A stretch of 64,000 bases of DNA from Paragordius varius (lineage: Eukaryota; Animalia; Nematomorpha), in assembly GCA_964247055.1 (NCBI GenBank), contig OZ176054.1:8246001-8310000 (forward strand), given 5' to 3'. The notes below the pieces were generated by a model that was not told where the DNA came from, searched no databases, and was given only the letters and a program-made list of their open reading frames with translations. The position numbers and the translations under genes are program-made. Positions 23,826 through 47,190 of the stretch are shown in pieces. Within the stretch, counting starts at the first letter, position 1. Each line of letters starts with the position of its first letter.

Positions 23826-24676
23826 AGGTAAAACAATAGGTGTATTGCTCAAAGATCAAAATATTCCTGCCCTTATAATCAACCATTCTTTTACTCATTT
23901 GTCCAAAATCGACGAATACATTAAGGTATATATTTCGATTTCATTATTATGCCACCAATTTTTTACATAACATATTTTATTTAGTTTCAATAATATTAGA
24001 ATATTTGGCTATTAGATCATTTATTCCTTAATTGAATGTTATTTAAAGTCATAGAGATAAGACGGAGAACAAATTCAAAAGACAACCATACTTTTACCTT
24101 ATTTTTCCCTTATACAATTGTAAAATAACCACTTGATTGTTATAAATTACATTGCTATTTTTTGAGTTTAAAACAATGAGTGAGCTATATTTAAAAATTA
24201 AAGTTCAAAAGTATGGTTGTTTTTGACAAAATATTTTTTTTATATATTACGTTTTGTCAGTATAAAACTTGTTTAAATTTCAATATTTGTTGACCAACCA
24301 ACTGCTTTGCAATTTACTTTTTGTATATGTTTAATAGGGGTTATTAGCGATTAAACCACATCGCATTACACATCATGGTATAATTCAAGTCCATCATACC
24401 CCTGCAAACGGACATAGATTATCTCCCAATGGTCTGGCATTAACTTACCTAATCTCTATTTCCTATGTAAAAGATCAATTTCCCGACGACCCCCTCGTAA
24501 TCAATAATATGGAGAACATTGCTAAATCAATTGTTAGCAATTCTGCTGCTGAATATCATATTGGGGACCCGTTTGTGGAAAAATGTGATTTTACCATCAA
24601 AAAATTTGTTAATCATTTTATAAAAAAATCGGCGTGCGTTCCATTAACGTTTAACGCGTTAAAAATTCCTTATTAA
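23826..24676 (+). pseudogene. Duplicate NUDT18 last two exons (open frame, splice sites intact; use unknown)
   Basis: 23826-23925 and 24338-24676 keep AG/GT sites and an open frame to TAA. There is one in-frame codon deletion and the substitutions are mostly non-synonymous. Confidence 0.7.
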
Positions 24677-25314
24677 TAAATACAATAGATAAAATATATC
24701 ATATTTATTTATTAAGTTACGCTTTTAGAGATTAAGTTGTTGATTTTTTATGAAAGTTTTGTTGGGAACTTTTTAAGTGTTTCTTATTTTTAATTTGAGC
24801 GAATAAACGATGATAATATTTTGAAAGAGATTCAGAATTATAAATTAGATTTAAAAGCTCTAACAGGTCGTTCCTTTAATACACGGCACACAGCGATCAC
24901 AAAAGATCTAAAAAACGCAATATTTATGTTAAAGACGGTTACAACCGCAAAATATGGAAGAAATAGTTATATCAGACACTCGCTATTAAGTACCCTGATT
25001 AAGGTTTAAAATTAAATGTAGATTTGCGCGGTTTGATCTATTAAAACAATTTTAAACCACCTATATTTAAACATTTTCTCTATATTATATCGTAAAATCT
25101 AGTTTTGTAATTTTCAGATGGAACCAAAGGTTATTTACCCCAAAAAACAATATAACTTTAGGTATAAAAAGACCAGAGTAAAAAGGAGCTTTATATAATA
25201 TATATATATCGTTTCAAAACACTTTTCCGTTCTTTTTAGAAAAAATTGATAAAATATCATATTTATTTTCATTTTACAACAATTAATTATGTCGCATAAT
25301 AATATTCATACACC

Positions 25315-25345
<31 letters not shown>

Positions 25346-25944
25346 AACAACCGCCGTAAATATGTATTCAGTTGAAAATTTATAATGATATAAAATGGAT
25401 TATTCACGGGGTAGGGGTACGATAATACACTATATAAGTTTTATGACTATAATTTACATTGATATCTATTTTCAATGAAATTTTTACATAAATATTTAAA
25501 ATAAATATATTTATCAATAAAAATAATAAAATTAATCATGTACCTTTAATTTAAATTTAAATGGAAAAAATTGAATGTGTGAATAAAATAGTTCTAACTA
25601 AAGTATGCACACACAGACACATCTCTTAAAGAACTAATGATACTTTAATAAAATATATTTTATAAAAATTGAATTATATACTACTTTATTAATTGGAATT
25701 TATATTCTGTTTACTTTTAATAAATTGTATAATTCAATAAATTGCACCATTACATTCTCCAAATGGCTGGTAGTACTAAAAATGTTAGAATACTTTCTTG
25801 TTTAAAAACTATTATTGTTGTTGTTTAAATATCCCTGTAAATTTTAAATATTTTTCAAACTGTTGGAATTCAATTCTTTTATAGTACTGGTTTTGTGTCG
25901 TGTTTAAGATTTTAGAATCGGCATATGAAGTGATAAAATAATGA

Positions 25945-35533
<9,589 letters not shown>

Positions 35534-37110
35534 ATCAAAATATGTTTCGGAAAAAATTAGGGATAATTAACACTAATTTTATAATATTCGTGTGGAGTTT
35601 AATTAAAAAAATTTAAGTCATTTTTAAGGTGATCGATATATGGTAGGTAGATATTTAAAATTTTCAGGAATTTCACAATATATGTATTCTAACAAATATT
35701 ATAAATATTCCTCATTCATTTGTAGCAAATTACCAGAGAATAATTATTTTTGCATAAATAAGTTGTGTCTGTGTTTACATTTAACGGATAAGAGATAAAA
35801 AAAAGTGTCAAAAATAGTAAGAATTGCAAATTTTTTCTATCCTTCTATAAAGATATGATGACACATAGAAATATTTGTTATAAGAGAAAAGGGAGACCAC
35901 ATAAAATAAGCCTTGGCTTTATGCAAAACGCACAATCTCTTTTTTAAAAAAACTCAACAAACAAAATCAATTGAGCTTTTGTTATTATAAAATTTGAGTC
36001 AATTATATTTTTTTCAAAAAAATTGAATGGCTAAAATCATATGACTTATCAAGAAAGCTGAATAGAAAGTTATACAATACAGTATGTGTGGTTAGAACGC
36101 AGTTAATTAATTTTAAATTTATAGAAACGCATACATAAGGAGAATAACGCAACACTATTTTTAATATTTTGTATATGTAACTGTTTTTTTCTGAAGTTAA
36201 AAGAAAATTGAATTCATAAAAATATTTTTTTGGCTAACTTCGGTACTTTCATATTTTAGCCATAATGATCCATAATTTAAACAAAACAATTAATGCTTTG
36301 CCTTCTAATTGCTAAACTTGATAAATATTTTAAGTGTATACATAATACTTATAGTTGCTTTTTTAGTGAAGCATTTTTTTGTAATGCGTTTCTTTTTGTA
36401 CAAAATATGTATAGGAAGCACAAATTAAAACAGTTATAACGGTAAACATTATCTATTTTTAGTAACAAACAAAACACATTGAAACAAATTATATATTACA
36501 TTAAACATGTATAAAACGAGAAATCAATAAATATATAAAATTGTATTACACATATAAAGGTTTATCGAATGTTAAATGCAAACACAGTATTGATTCCAAA
36601 AACCAAAAAAAGTATATTAAGTTGTTTATTTATATTAAGTAATATATATTTTTTTATATAAACGTCAAATTTTGGACGAACTATAGGATATGTTTTACCT
36701 TATACTATAGTTTATGGATAACAGTTTTAATATTTATACTTGTAAAAATAATATTTATAGGTGGTATATGTATAAAACAGAGCAGAGCATCGTAATACAT
36801 GTTGTTTAAGATTCATCTTTGTCCTTAAAGTAGAAATAAAATTTATTACATAATATCGATTTTTTTATAGTCAATTTGAAAGGAAGCTTAGAGCTAACTT
36901 TATAATAAATGCAAAGGCAAACGAATTCGAAAAAATAAATGAATAAAAAAACATAAAGCGCTATGCAATAAATGTTAAACAAAATATAACTCCTCGAAAA
37001 CTATCATTTAAAATTAACTCTTAAAAATTAATTAGCGTAATGAATAGTTGTATGGTTGTGTTATTGGAAAATATAAAAAAGCCTAGCAGCATAAAAAAAT
37101 CTATATATAC

Positions 37111-37237
37111 CTTTTTCCAAATTTTCAGCCTGGGACATATGACTGTCAGATGTGGAAGGGCCACTATTACCACCTGACTCACTCCTACTACTGCCCTTGT
37201 CATGTGAAAATATATGTTTAAATGCTTGAATGTTCAT
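37111..37237 (-). CDS. Candidate distal alternative first exon of PKA-C (42 aa)
   Basis: MNIQAFKHIFSHDKGSSRSESGGNSGPSTSDSHMSQAENLEK plus G|GTATAT. GC-richer island, phase 1, and splicing to exon 2 regenerates VKEFL. Confidence 0.65.
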
Positions 37238-38228
37238 ATCAATTTGATTTTGGGGATTGTGGAGTTAGTTGATGTTGATTTAGGTTTATGGGTGGTTAAT
37301 TATCTCATAGCAACAAACATTTAAACAGTATTTTATTAAAGCAACCTTAAAATACTATTTGAGATAGGATAGATAAAATTATTGTACGGTAAAATGATTA
37401 CAGGAATGACAATCTATGTTAATACACGAAAAGGTATTAGCATGGACAGGTTATGAGATGCGACAAATCAATTCTTAGATTGGAGTAAAATTTAAACGCA
37501 ATTAATGGAGGGTATGTTTAACATTCATACACAAAAAGATAGGGTAATGTTTATTTTTTTCTCACTTTGTAAATAAATATATAACAAGATAAAATTGTAA
37601 ACAAATTTCGCTTTTTTTATTACATATATTTCTTTGTTTTCGTATTTAGCGTGTGAAGATTATTATTTTTACGATTTATATTCTTTTTGCTATAGGGCTA
37701 ATTGTCAAAAAATATTTAAAATATTTTTCTGAAATTTATATATGATGGCCAAACAGGTTGGGTTTATATTTGAAATAAATAACATTTAAATGCTATTTTT
37801 TTTTCGCAAATTAATATCAGTTGCAACATGCTAAAAGAAACGATAAAATCAAGTTGATTTTTTAACGATCGAAGCGGACGACTTTAGCTAAAGAAAATAA
37901 ATTTTTGCCCCTATTTTTATTTACATTAAAACTTGGAAAGTGGACTCAACGGATAATAAAAACTTAGTATCGGGATATTTTTCGCACATTAATTTTAATT
38001 TTTTTTAGGAAAATTAGGGATGTTGCGCTATTAATAATAAATAGGAATATTAAGGAGCTAAATGCGGATTTGTTATTACGAATTGCGAGATTTTTATAGT
38101 GAAAATCAAATGACGCAATTTTTTTTTGGAATGGACCGCTAGTTTTTTCAAAATCTCCAAATTGAGTAAAAGCCAAAAATTTAGGATAATTAAAAAAAGA
38201 TTTATTTTAAATTTTATTATATTTTATC

Positions 38229-38265
<37 letters not shown>

Positions 38266-38266
<1 letters not shown>

Positions 38267-38790
38267 CTTGGATCGAAGTCAATTATTCGCTATTTTGTAT
38301 TCGCCAGCTTAAACGGTTAGATGTAAGGGATAATTACTGTTAATTTGTTAGAGGTTTCTTTAGTCAAATTATCGATCCAACCCGTTTTACACCTGCCGCG
38401 TTTTCTGAAACCTTCAATTTTTCCTGAGCGGGTACTCCAACTTTTTGGCTTTAGAGATATGTCCAAAATAAAAAAGATCCATTTTTAGGCATGAGACGCA
38501 TAGTCATACGTCGGGTTTAATTTTGTCAAGAATATCGATGTTTTTGATGTTATCTTCCAGTGATTTGGGGAAATTTTCTCCAATACCACATTTCGAAAGC
38601 ATTGTTATATATTTCATCTCCTTTTAATGTCCAATTCTCTGCGGCGTAAAACATGCTTGGGAGGAACAGAGATTCGAGGACACTTAATATTGGTTTTAAG
38701 TTTACTTTCATTTGATGACCATAACTTGTTATATTTTATTATATTTGCTTTCCCTATTGCTATTTTACTGAAGATAAGACTACCTAAATC
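38266..38790 (-). mobile_element. RTE-clade non-LTR retrotransposon, degenerate 3' fragment
   Basis: Frameshifted peptides LGSLIF..IAIGKA, FYAAENWTLK, AFEMWYWRK, GKIEGFRKRGR..WIDNL. The 3' end runs into (TA)n at ~38230-38265. Confidence 0.8.
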
Positions 38791-39056
38791 AGTGGCATTC
38801 AAACTGCGGCCCCAAAAGTTTTTACTGAATTATTTAAATTTTTGTATTTATTTTCATTAGAAATATTAAATGTGTCATATAGCTATGAAGTTTTCTACAA
38901 ATTTTTTTGGTTACTACTGGTCAGGATAAATGTATATTGGGTTAGAGCAATTAGAATATCCATGAATGTAAGGTATTTTATAGATTTTGTGAATTTTTAA
39001 TGGTTGGACCAATTGGCTTGGTATTATATATAAGATTCTTGAGGTTGGTTGTCAAG

Positions 39057-39445
39057 CAGTGGCGTACCGAGCATTTGCGGCGCCCGGGGCATACTTTTAT
39101 GGCGCCCCTCCCCCCTTTTTTTAAAAGCCGATAAAACAATTTAGTAAAAAAATACAAACGTTGTAACCTAAACACCATAGATAAGACAGCACAGTCATAT
39201 ATATTTTAAATCTATAAAATATATATATATTTATATGATACTAAATTTATTCAAAGGTACTAATTAGGTGAATAATAGAGTATATATTATAGGGATTATT
39301 ACCTAAATTGCTGAAAAATCTCATTTGAAAGTTCTTATTATTTTTGCATAATTAAAATTTAATTTTAAAAAATCATTTAGGCGCCCCTAAATAACGGCGC
39401 CCGGGGCACGATGCACCCCCTTGCCCCCCCATCGGTACGCCCCTG
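39057..39445. mobile_element. hAT MITE with GC-rich subterminal GGCGCCC motifs
   Basis: 14-bp TIR cagtggcgtaccga / tcggtacgcccctg (13/14 match). Perfect 8-bp TSD TTGTCAAG (39049-39056, 39446-39453). Confidence 0.92.
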
Positions 39446-39606
39446 TTGTCAAGTGGATTTAATAAGAATATGGTGTCGTTTGCGTAGTGCAGTTAATAAC
39501 GTGAAATTATCAGTTTACTTGTCTCAATATATAAATATAATATTTTTGGAAAAATAAGAGTGATAAAATTTAATTAAAGTGATTTTTATACCTCTTTTAT
39601 TAATAA

Positions 39607-40730
39607 CACTAGACAACAAATTTTTCTGCCACTCGAGTTTTTTGCATTTTTTGATACTTAATATCATTTTAACAGTAAATCTGAAATAAAAATTATAACT
39701 CGTTGGAAGAATTTTGTATAATTTGATTTTTTAGATTATGCGCCCTCTTTATCAAAATTTTACTAAAAAATGTTTTTCTTTGAAAATATACAAGTAATGC
39801 CCATTTGTAATATATCATTCGAAAGAGTATTAAAAACTCTATAATATGTATACTAATATGTATTACATCGACAGTTAATATTGGACACAAAGAGCGACAA
39901 ACGCGCGAAGCGAGAGCATTTTTTTTAATTATTATATTTATAAAACTAATGGATGAAAATAGCTCAAACTTTGTTTAGATGGAGATGAATGTCCAAAAAA
40001 GATAACACAAGAAAGTTTTTTTTGATTAAAACATTTTTTATTGCTTTTATGTCACTCAAAACAGCCATTTTTAAGTTTTTTGTTTTTTAAAAATTACCAT
40101 CTCATCATTATTAATTTATTTTCTTTACAAGGCTGATAATTTCGAAAATTTAAAGATAAAAACAAAGTTTAAGGTATTTTTGATCTTTTATAGCCATTAT
40201 GTAATAAATTTACAGTTATAACTATGCATTTTAGTATCCACTAGGTAAAATATTTATGATAATAATAATTTTTATTAAAAAAGCAAACCAAAAGCTTTTC
40301 CAAACATTTTTTTTAATTAAATACTAATATAACCCTAATAATTATATTAAAATAATTTATATGATTTTCAAATTAGTTTGTCTGTGAAAATTCTTGACTT
40401 ATTTAAGGATAAAAATTTCGACCATTTAAATCCAAATAACTTTTACATCCGATTGATTTAAATGACTTACCTCCATTTAAAAGATGCAGTTTTTTGAGCT
40501 CTTTCGAATGATATAAAATACATGGCTTCATATCTAAAACTTTAAATTTTTGAAATTTCGAGTTTAATGTTATATCGGGGCCAAAAATTATCGATAAACT
40601 CTAATATATAAAAAATTCTTCCATGTAAGACCAATTTTCTTTTCAGATATACTAATTATGTACTTTAATGAAATAAATTTTAAATTTACAAGAATGGCAG
40701 TTAAAAAAAGTTAAAATTTGTTGTCTAGTG
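39607..40730. mobile_element. CACTA/CMC-like non-autonomous DNA transposon
   Basis: TIR CACTAGACAACAAATTTT / AAAATTTGTTGTCTAGTG. 3-bp TSD TAA (39604-39606, 40731-40733). Internal inverted motif atcattcgaaagag / ctctttcgaatgat. Confidence 0.8.
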
Positions 40731-41349
40731 TAATTTAACCATCTAATATTAACATTAGCAAAAAACTCGGTTAAGATGTTTCGCGTTTCTATAATGATGA
40801 AGAAACAAATACTAAATTGATTGAAACTTTTAAAATTTAAAAAAATCAATGTTTTAGAACCCGACATGTTCTTGATTATTACAGGATTGCCACATGACTT
40901 CACGGTCTACATTCTCATCTCAAAAAATCATGCGGGTCGATTTAAAAAATACATGAGCATATATTAAAAACATAAGATTGATTGATATACACAATATAGC
41001 TACTATTTGTTTGATCGATTATGCTTTTTGCAAACATATACCGAACCGATAGTAATTAATTACTAGAGGAAATGTGGTATATAAATATTTAGCCTAATAA
41101 TTACCCTGTATCTAACAATCATAGAGTTTATAAAATTTGAGCCGAATATTAATATCTAAAAATGAATCTTAAATGTTAAGAATGATAATAATTTTAGCAT
41201 TAATTTAAACTAAGTAGAATTTGAAATTTGAAATTTTTGCGAGCAGAACAGTTTTGGGACAGAATGTGGAAGGATATTCCTGTTTTAAAAAATTAGATTG
41301 CTAATTTTATTGTAGCCAATTTAATTAGATATACATTTTTAAATTAGGT

Positions 41350-42330
41350 ATAACGGGCGGAATCCTAATGGACGGTTCGGTGAAACGCATAACTCTGAGG
41401 GAAATCAATTTTATTTAAAAATATTGTCTATAGGCTTCTACACATTTCTCCGATATGTCAGGAAATATGAATGCCGTGCCAGAAAAACTGATTGTTTTTT
41501 GTGGAAATCCATTCGTCAATTCATTTTCCTGCGTCTTGGAAATTGTTGAAGTGTTGCTTTGCGAGCATATGCCTATTGATGCGAAGAGGTTATAATCAGG
41601 TGGCGCTAAATCAGTATATTATGGCTGATGCGGAAACATTTTAAACAAAACGTTTAAGTGTCTTTTACCGGTTTTGCTGTTTGAGGCGAATCATTTCAGT
41701 CGTTTTTCGAATAATGTAAGGGTTTTCATTAATTATTTGTTGGCGATAGCGCTATTATTAAAGTTTTCACCGGGTATCAAATGTTTATAATGCTTAATGT
41801 CGATCTGGATCCAACCGATACATATATATAACCTTTTCTTTGAATTGACAAAATAAAGCCACTTCTCCGTCGCAATTTTATGGAGAAATAGTTCTTTTTC
41901 GTGACATTGATCTAGGGTTACATACAGTTTGCGATTCTCGATTCAACTTTTATTTAAATTGTGTTTGACCCATTTACGGATTTTATTTTCGTTGCTCGTA
42001 GAGGTTTAGTGATTGTTTTTTTGTAATGAATGTTATGCTTCAACCCATGTTTTAGCTCTTTCATATCTTCGCAGTTGTTGGCCCTGATCCCTTTACCATT
42101 ATCAACTATTGAGTTTTTAAAATTATGCTTACATCTTTTAATCGATGGCGCATGTACGTCATATGTTCCAGTCAAAATACTTTTCAATAGCCATTTTCTT
42201 CTGATGCAATAAGAAAAGCAATGTGTCCCGCATATGTCTTTTTCAGGCACAAAGTGTGTTTGTAATTTAATGACAGATAAACAAAATGGCGTCTGTGTCA
42301 AATTAAGCTGATTACTTTTTGTTGTGGTCT
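41350..42330 (-). mobile_element. Degenerate mariner (Mos1-like) transposase
   Basis: Fragments FVPEK.., FLHKIAT.EKWLYFVN, PHQP*YTDLAPPDYNLFAS, EKCVEAYRQYF* occur in the expected order with many stops and frameshifts. Confidence 0.85.
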
Positions 42331-43029
42331 TCTCTGAGTTAAACCGGTAATTATTAATGAGCATATGTAGTATATCCAAAAATCCGTTTTCGAAGAAAAT
42401 AACTAGGTAAAAAGTGGAAGCTTAACATAGTTATTAGGACGGTGGAAACCGAAATCGGGTTAGTTTCTAAAAATTAAAAATGAACCCGGGGCGGTCGTAA
42501 CATTTTAAGGATGATGGTTTAAGCATGTGTAACCGGAACCAGTTTGGCTCATTTAAAATGTAGTGGTTACAAAACCGGTTTTTGATATTTTAACTGGTTC
42601 TTTTTTTCATACAATAATTTTCGACGTAGATTCTTATTAATAAAATCATATCAACTATTTTAAAATTTTGGAAATATAATTTTTAAATGGCTGATGAAAG
42701 TACAAAGGTAATGAAGTATATTTCCATTTCCATTTTTTTAAGAAAATATAAGCGATTCTGTAGTCATACTATTTCAATCTAAAAAGCTTCGTTAGTTTCT
42801 GAAACCTAATCTAACTATATACTTATGTTGCTCGCACAGCCATTATAATAGTAGCCAATTATAAACACTGTGAATAGTTTCCTGAAATTTCCAAAATGTC
42901 GTATATATAAGAAGAAATAAAAAGTATTAGTTATATGTGATTATATTTACCATTAGTGACATGGGTTTATGAACCATAATGTATAAATGATACATGTATC
43001 TCTTAACCCATATTAGTCAATATAATCAA

Positions 43030-46000
43030 GAGTGTGACATGTCATCAAGTTAATTTGATTTTACCACTTTAGTTTCATACTAATTTATTGTTCTTTTGAT
43101 TTATATAGCATTGCATGTAAACTCTAGGGTCAATAGTTTTCTATGCCAACAAGCCCGAAATTAATATGTGATTACTATTGATAAGAGATGTTCACATATC
43201 ATCTGCATTTTAATTAAAATATTTTCTGTATATATTCATTTAAAAAATTGATCTAGTTATGAATATCATATCAACTGACAGATATTTGTAATATCTTGGT
43301 TGATTGATGTATTTGAAAAATATTACTAATTCATTTATTTATTTATGTTTGTTTTTTTCAGACATTTACCATTAACTAGATGGCCCTTAATTGCCGCTGC
43401 GTATTTTATTTAAAATTGTTGCACATAAATGTTAGCCAATTCACATTATAGTCGGCCACACGGTCGAATTAGTATACTGATTGGTAGAATCCTGGCTTTC
43501 AAAATTATTTAAGAGTACACATATAAAGAATGGCTGACAAGCCAACTAACCTGCACTTTATGAATAATATTTTTATATGATTGATGATTAATTTCTGTGA
43601 TTATAGTAATTTATGTTGATGTATTTTTACGATTATATATAATGATCAATAATATTATGAGAAATATAATGTACAAAAGGTATTTTTCATCCTTTTAGCT
43701 TAACATCATTTATAAAAAATAATTAAATATTTTTGACATCTCTTATTCAAAATATATGTGTGCGGTTTTTATATTTTTAATTTGTGTTTTTTTGTTTATA
43801 TTAATTAATTATTTAATATTTTTGACATATCTATATATACAGGTAAGATTATGTTACTTTGCGGTTTTATGTTTGAAATTTTAATTACAAAAATATTTAC
43901 ACTATATTTACACTGCCACATGTCACTAATATTAATATATAAAGTTTTAATTTGTTTACATTATACATCATATTCACAACTCTGAATTTATTTTCTTTTT
44001 ATACACCAAAAATACTAAATCGATTCATAAGCCATCTTTTAAATGTACTCTTAAGGATGAACAACTATTGAAATAATCTAAATGAAAAGTGGTGGCTTTG
44101 TGATCTGTTTCAGAACCGGTAGACCCATTCAAATCCAAATATCGAATATATATAATCATTAATGAATGCCCTGACAATAGCTTCGCCCTTTTTTGAATTA
44201 GGCCCCAGTTCGGGCCCACCTCGTGTAAAAAACAGGTTTTATAATCGTGTCTTTGAGACAATTTTCCCGGAGAACGTGTTAGACCATTCAATTTCAAATA
44301 GGATTATTGTTAACATACTTTCGATTGCGCCGAACATAGTCGGCTCTCATTTTTAATTTAGGCCCTCTTTTTACCCGCTACCCCTGTAATTAAATCTATT
44401 TTTCGCCAAAGGTATGAGACCGTAAAAATTCAATAAGGTCACGTATTCCCTGTTAAAGGGCAAAAATTTTAGTCAAGCGTTTATTTGATGATAGCTGCTG
44501 AGTAAGGAGCTACCCGCGAAAAAGTGACCCGTCATATCGAAATAACGTGCTTTTGGAGCTAAGTTTCAGAAAACCTATCAGGCCATATGAGTTCAATAGC
44601 TGCTTAAAGTATTACCCGTAAAAAATTTAGATCGTGCGGTTTTTTAAAATTAGCCGTTAATTAGGCCCTTCACGCCCTGAAAAATGCGCCACTATAGAAG
44701 GATATTTTAATTTTGAGTTTTTCCAAAAACTAATAAGAGCATATATAATCAATCATGATTCCAGGTATTCTCCGTATAAAGGGAAAAATTTTAATCAAGC
44801 GCTTTTTTTGCATTAGCCTCTGGGAAGGGAGCTACCCGCCAAAAACTGCGTCACTATATAGAAATTACGTTGTTTTGGAAATATTTTTAAAAAAAACTTA
44901 TGCCAGATGATCTCATTTAAAGTTCGAATACCCGTAATTAGGTAAAAATTAAGGTCAGGCCTTTTTTTATCATCCGTTAATTTGGGGCCTTTATGACCTA
45001 ATACGCCATCATATAACGATTATTTAGTGATGTATTTTTTCGGATAATCCATGAGACGATGGTCTCAGCGCTTTTTCCATATGGGCCTATGGATAGGGGC
45101 TACCGGTTTAATACTGGCCATACAAAAGTGGCGTGGCTTTGGACATAATTTTCAAAAAACATAAGAAGCCATACGAGCGCAATAAAGGCTTTAAATATTA
45201 CGCATAAAAAGGTAAAAATTATAGTATAGCGGTTTTTTCCGTTAGCCGTCAATTTGGGGCCTTTACACCAGTAAACTGTTTCGAAATAATCCACATATAT
45301 CCTTTTTTTAAATAGCCCCCCTAGAATTCCGTAGGACTTCCTCGGGCTACGTAGCAGCACGAGATTTACGCTAGTTAATAAATATAAATTAATTTTAAAT
45401 GCGGAATTGTAAATGTATAATTATGAAATATATTTAAATTCATAATAAAATGTTGGAAACATTTATTTATATGAAAAATATATTTTATAATGAAATTCGT
45501 CATAAATATTGGTTAAGAGAAATGTATATTAAAGCATATAGAGACACAGATAGGGATAAAATAGTTGGTTATAAAACGCTAATAGTATATCTTAGGCCCA
45601 TAAGTTTTTGAATTTAGGTTTTTATCAAAAAATTTTTTATAATATTTTGATTAGTTAAAAAATCTAAAATGAGTATAATGCAAAAGGTACTTTTAAAGTG
45701 TTAAATTTCGAAAAAAAAATAATAATATCAAACTATTCATATCCAAATCAAAAATATCTAAACCAGGTATACTAAATTTTCAATATTTCATCAAATAGTG
45801 TAATATAAATAAATATGCCTCTAAATTATATTAAGTTGCATATTGCCCTTGAAAGAAAAAAAATACCCTTTAAAAAAAAGTAATTTCTCCATTATATAAA
45901 TGTTATTTGTTTAAAACGTAAAGTGGCAAACTGGTAAAGCATACAACGATTTCACTATGAATTTTCTTTTTCTAAAAATTTTTCACCAATGAAGGCAAAC

Positions 46001-46560
46001 GATTTATTTGTCATGGTATTAGTATCAAAGTTTTTGAAAATAAAATTTTGTTTTATTCTCAATTTACCTTCATTATTGTAAGAAATTTTGGGTGTTTTTT
46101 TAGTGGAACACAAAAAAAATTCGTAGTGAAAACTAAACGATTGACATATAATAAATAATTATTAAACAAGTATAGGCCATCTAATTAATGGTAGATGTAA
46201 TCACTTAGAATTTATAGAGTTTTTTGGTCACATTACAGGAATAAATAACGAATTTTCAAATACAGCAACCAACTAACATATTACAAATATCTGTCAGTTG
46301 ATATGATTCATAACTATAGCATTTTTTTCAAATATATATAACCAGAAAATATCTTAACTGGAACGCAGATGATATGTGAACAGCTCATCAATAGTAATCA
46401 TTTACAAGTTTCGGGCTTGTTAGCTTCAATATTACATAATTATTTATATTGAAAGTTAACATGTAATTCTGCTATCCAAATGAAGAAATAAATAATCTAA
46501 TATTAAACTTAGGTTGTGTACAATCAAACTAAATTGATGATATGTCGAAATACGATCTTT
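43030..46560. repeat. Pair of ~370-bp diverged inverted arms (~43030-43390 and ~46170-46560)
   Basis: For example tcatatcaactgacagatatttgtaata vs tattacaaatatctgtcagttgatatga, and aacaagcccgaaa vs tttcgggcttgtt. Arm limits are approximate. Confidence 0.75.
44077..45374 (+). mobile_element. Non-autonomous Helitron with internal ~320-bp tandem units
   Basis: A|TC start, degenerate subterminal hairpin (ctacgtagcagcacgag) followed by CTAG|T, no TSD. Internal repeats at ~44445-44765 and ~44765-45060. Confidence 0.72.
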
Positions 46561-46759
46561 GGTGTTAGACCTTAGATTAGTGGTACTCGCCAAAAAGTTT
46601 GACCGACTAAATAAAATATTTTTGCCTCATTGGCCGTGCTTTATAATACCACTAAATATTGCATAGCTTTATGACATATAAGCACATATTTATACTTTAA
46701 ATGACCAAAACTTTTTGTAAATAAGCCATCTGTTGTTGTCTTTACTTGTAGTAGGTTAC

Positions 46760-47190
46760 ATTAGCTATTTTATAAAAAAACTTCCTCCACTCGGTTCTGT
46801 CGTAGGCTTTTTGAGATAGTTTTTGCAGTGACATTTTGGAAAGTGATAAGATTTCGGCTATTCAACAAATACGTCTTCGTCATCTTCCTCTCTTGCCATT
46901 TACTTTTCCTAACATAATATCCTTTTCCCAAGAACGTCCTCGAATAATGTGTCCGTAGTAACCGAATTTTCGTTTTATTATTTTACCCCGAAGCGTTGTT
47001 TGTGCGTTGATTTTGTTTATTTACGATGTCGATGTTCTTTATTTTGTCCTTCCGTGTTATACCAAGTATTTTCTCCAATTGAAAACAGGGAGATATATGG
47101 AAAGTCGCGATTATAATTGGCCTACATTATAATGGCCGTACCAGCAGCATATGTTTTTAACATATAGATTAGACGCCAGAGGATTTTCAG
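46760..47190 (-). mobile_element. Second RTE-clade LINE fragment
   Basis: Minus-strand YYGHIIRGRSWEKDIMLGKVNGKRGR*RRR matches the RTE C-terminal motif. Confidence 0.75.

Noticed and set aside
37021-37203. ORF MTRAVVGVSQVV… and the plus-strand Cys/His peptide PGTYDCQMWKGH…
   Set aside because: A different minus frame with ATG, a GT donor and correct phase (candidate PKA first exon) explains the island better.
38790-38813. hAT/Charlie-like terminus stubs (also 55591-55640, ~27165-27230, ~13888-14080)
   Set aside because: Single or highly decayed ends without a convincing partner end or TSD.
41954-42379. 141-aa ORF as a host gene
   Set aside because: It is a frameshift-scrambled mariner transposase N-terminus.
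42690-42705. Other CTGANGA occurrences as hammerhead cores
   Set aside because: They lack stem II plus GAAA plus stem I closure; only 16400-16433 satisfies the full topology.
44445-45060. Regularly spaced repeats as a CRISPR-like array
   Set aside because: Units are ~320 bp and diverged, have no unique spacers, and lie in eukaryotic DNA.
44025-45360. ORFs 44025-44297, 44162-44356, 45100-45360 and 50222-50458
   Set aside because: They fall in or overlap non-autonomous Helitron copies and show no Rep/helicase motifs.
46790-46900. Apparent acidic start MAREEDDEDVFVE
   Set aside because: It is an alternate frame of the RTE LINE motif GKVNGKRGR.
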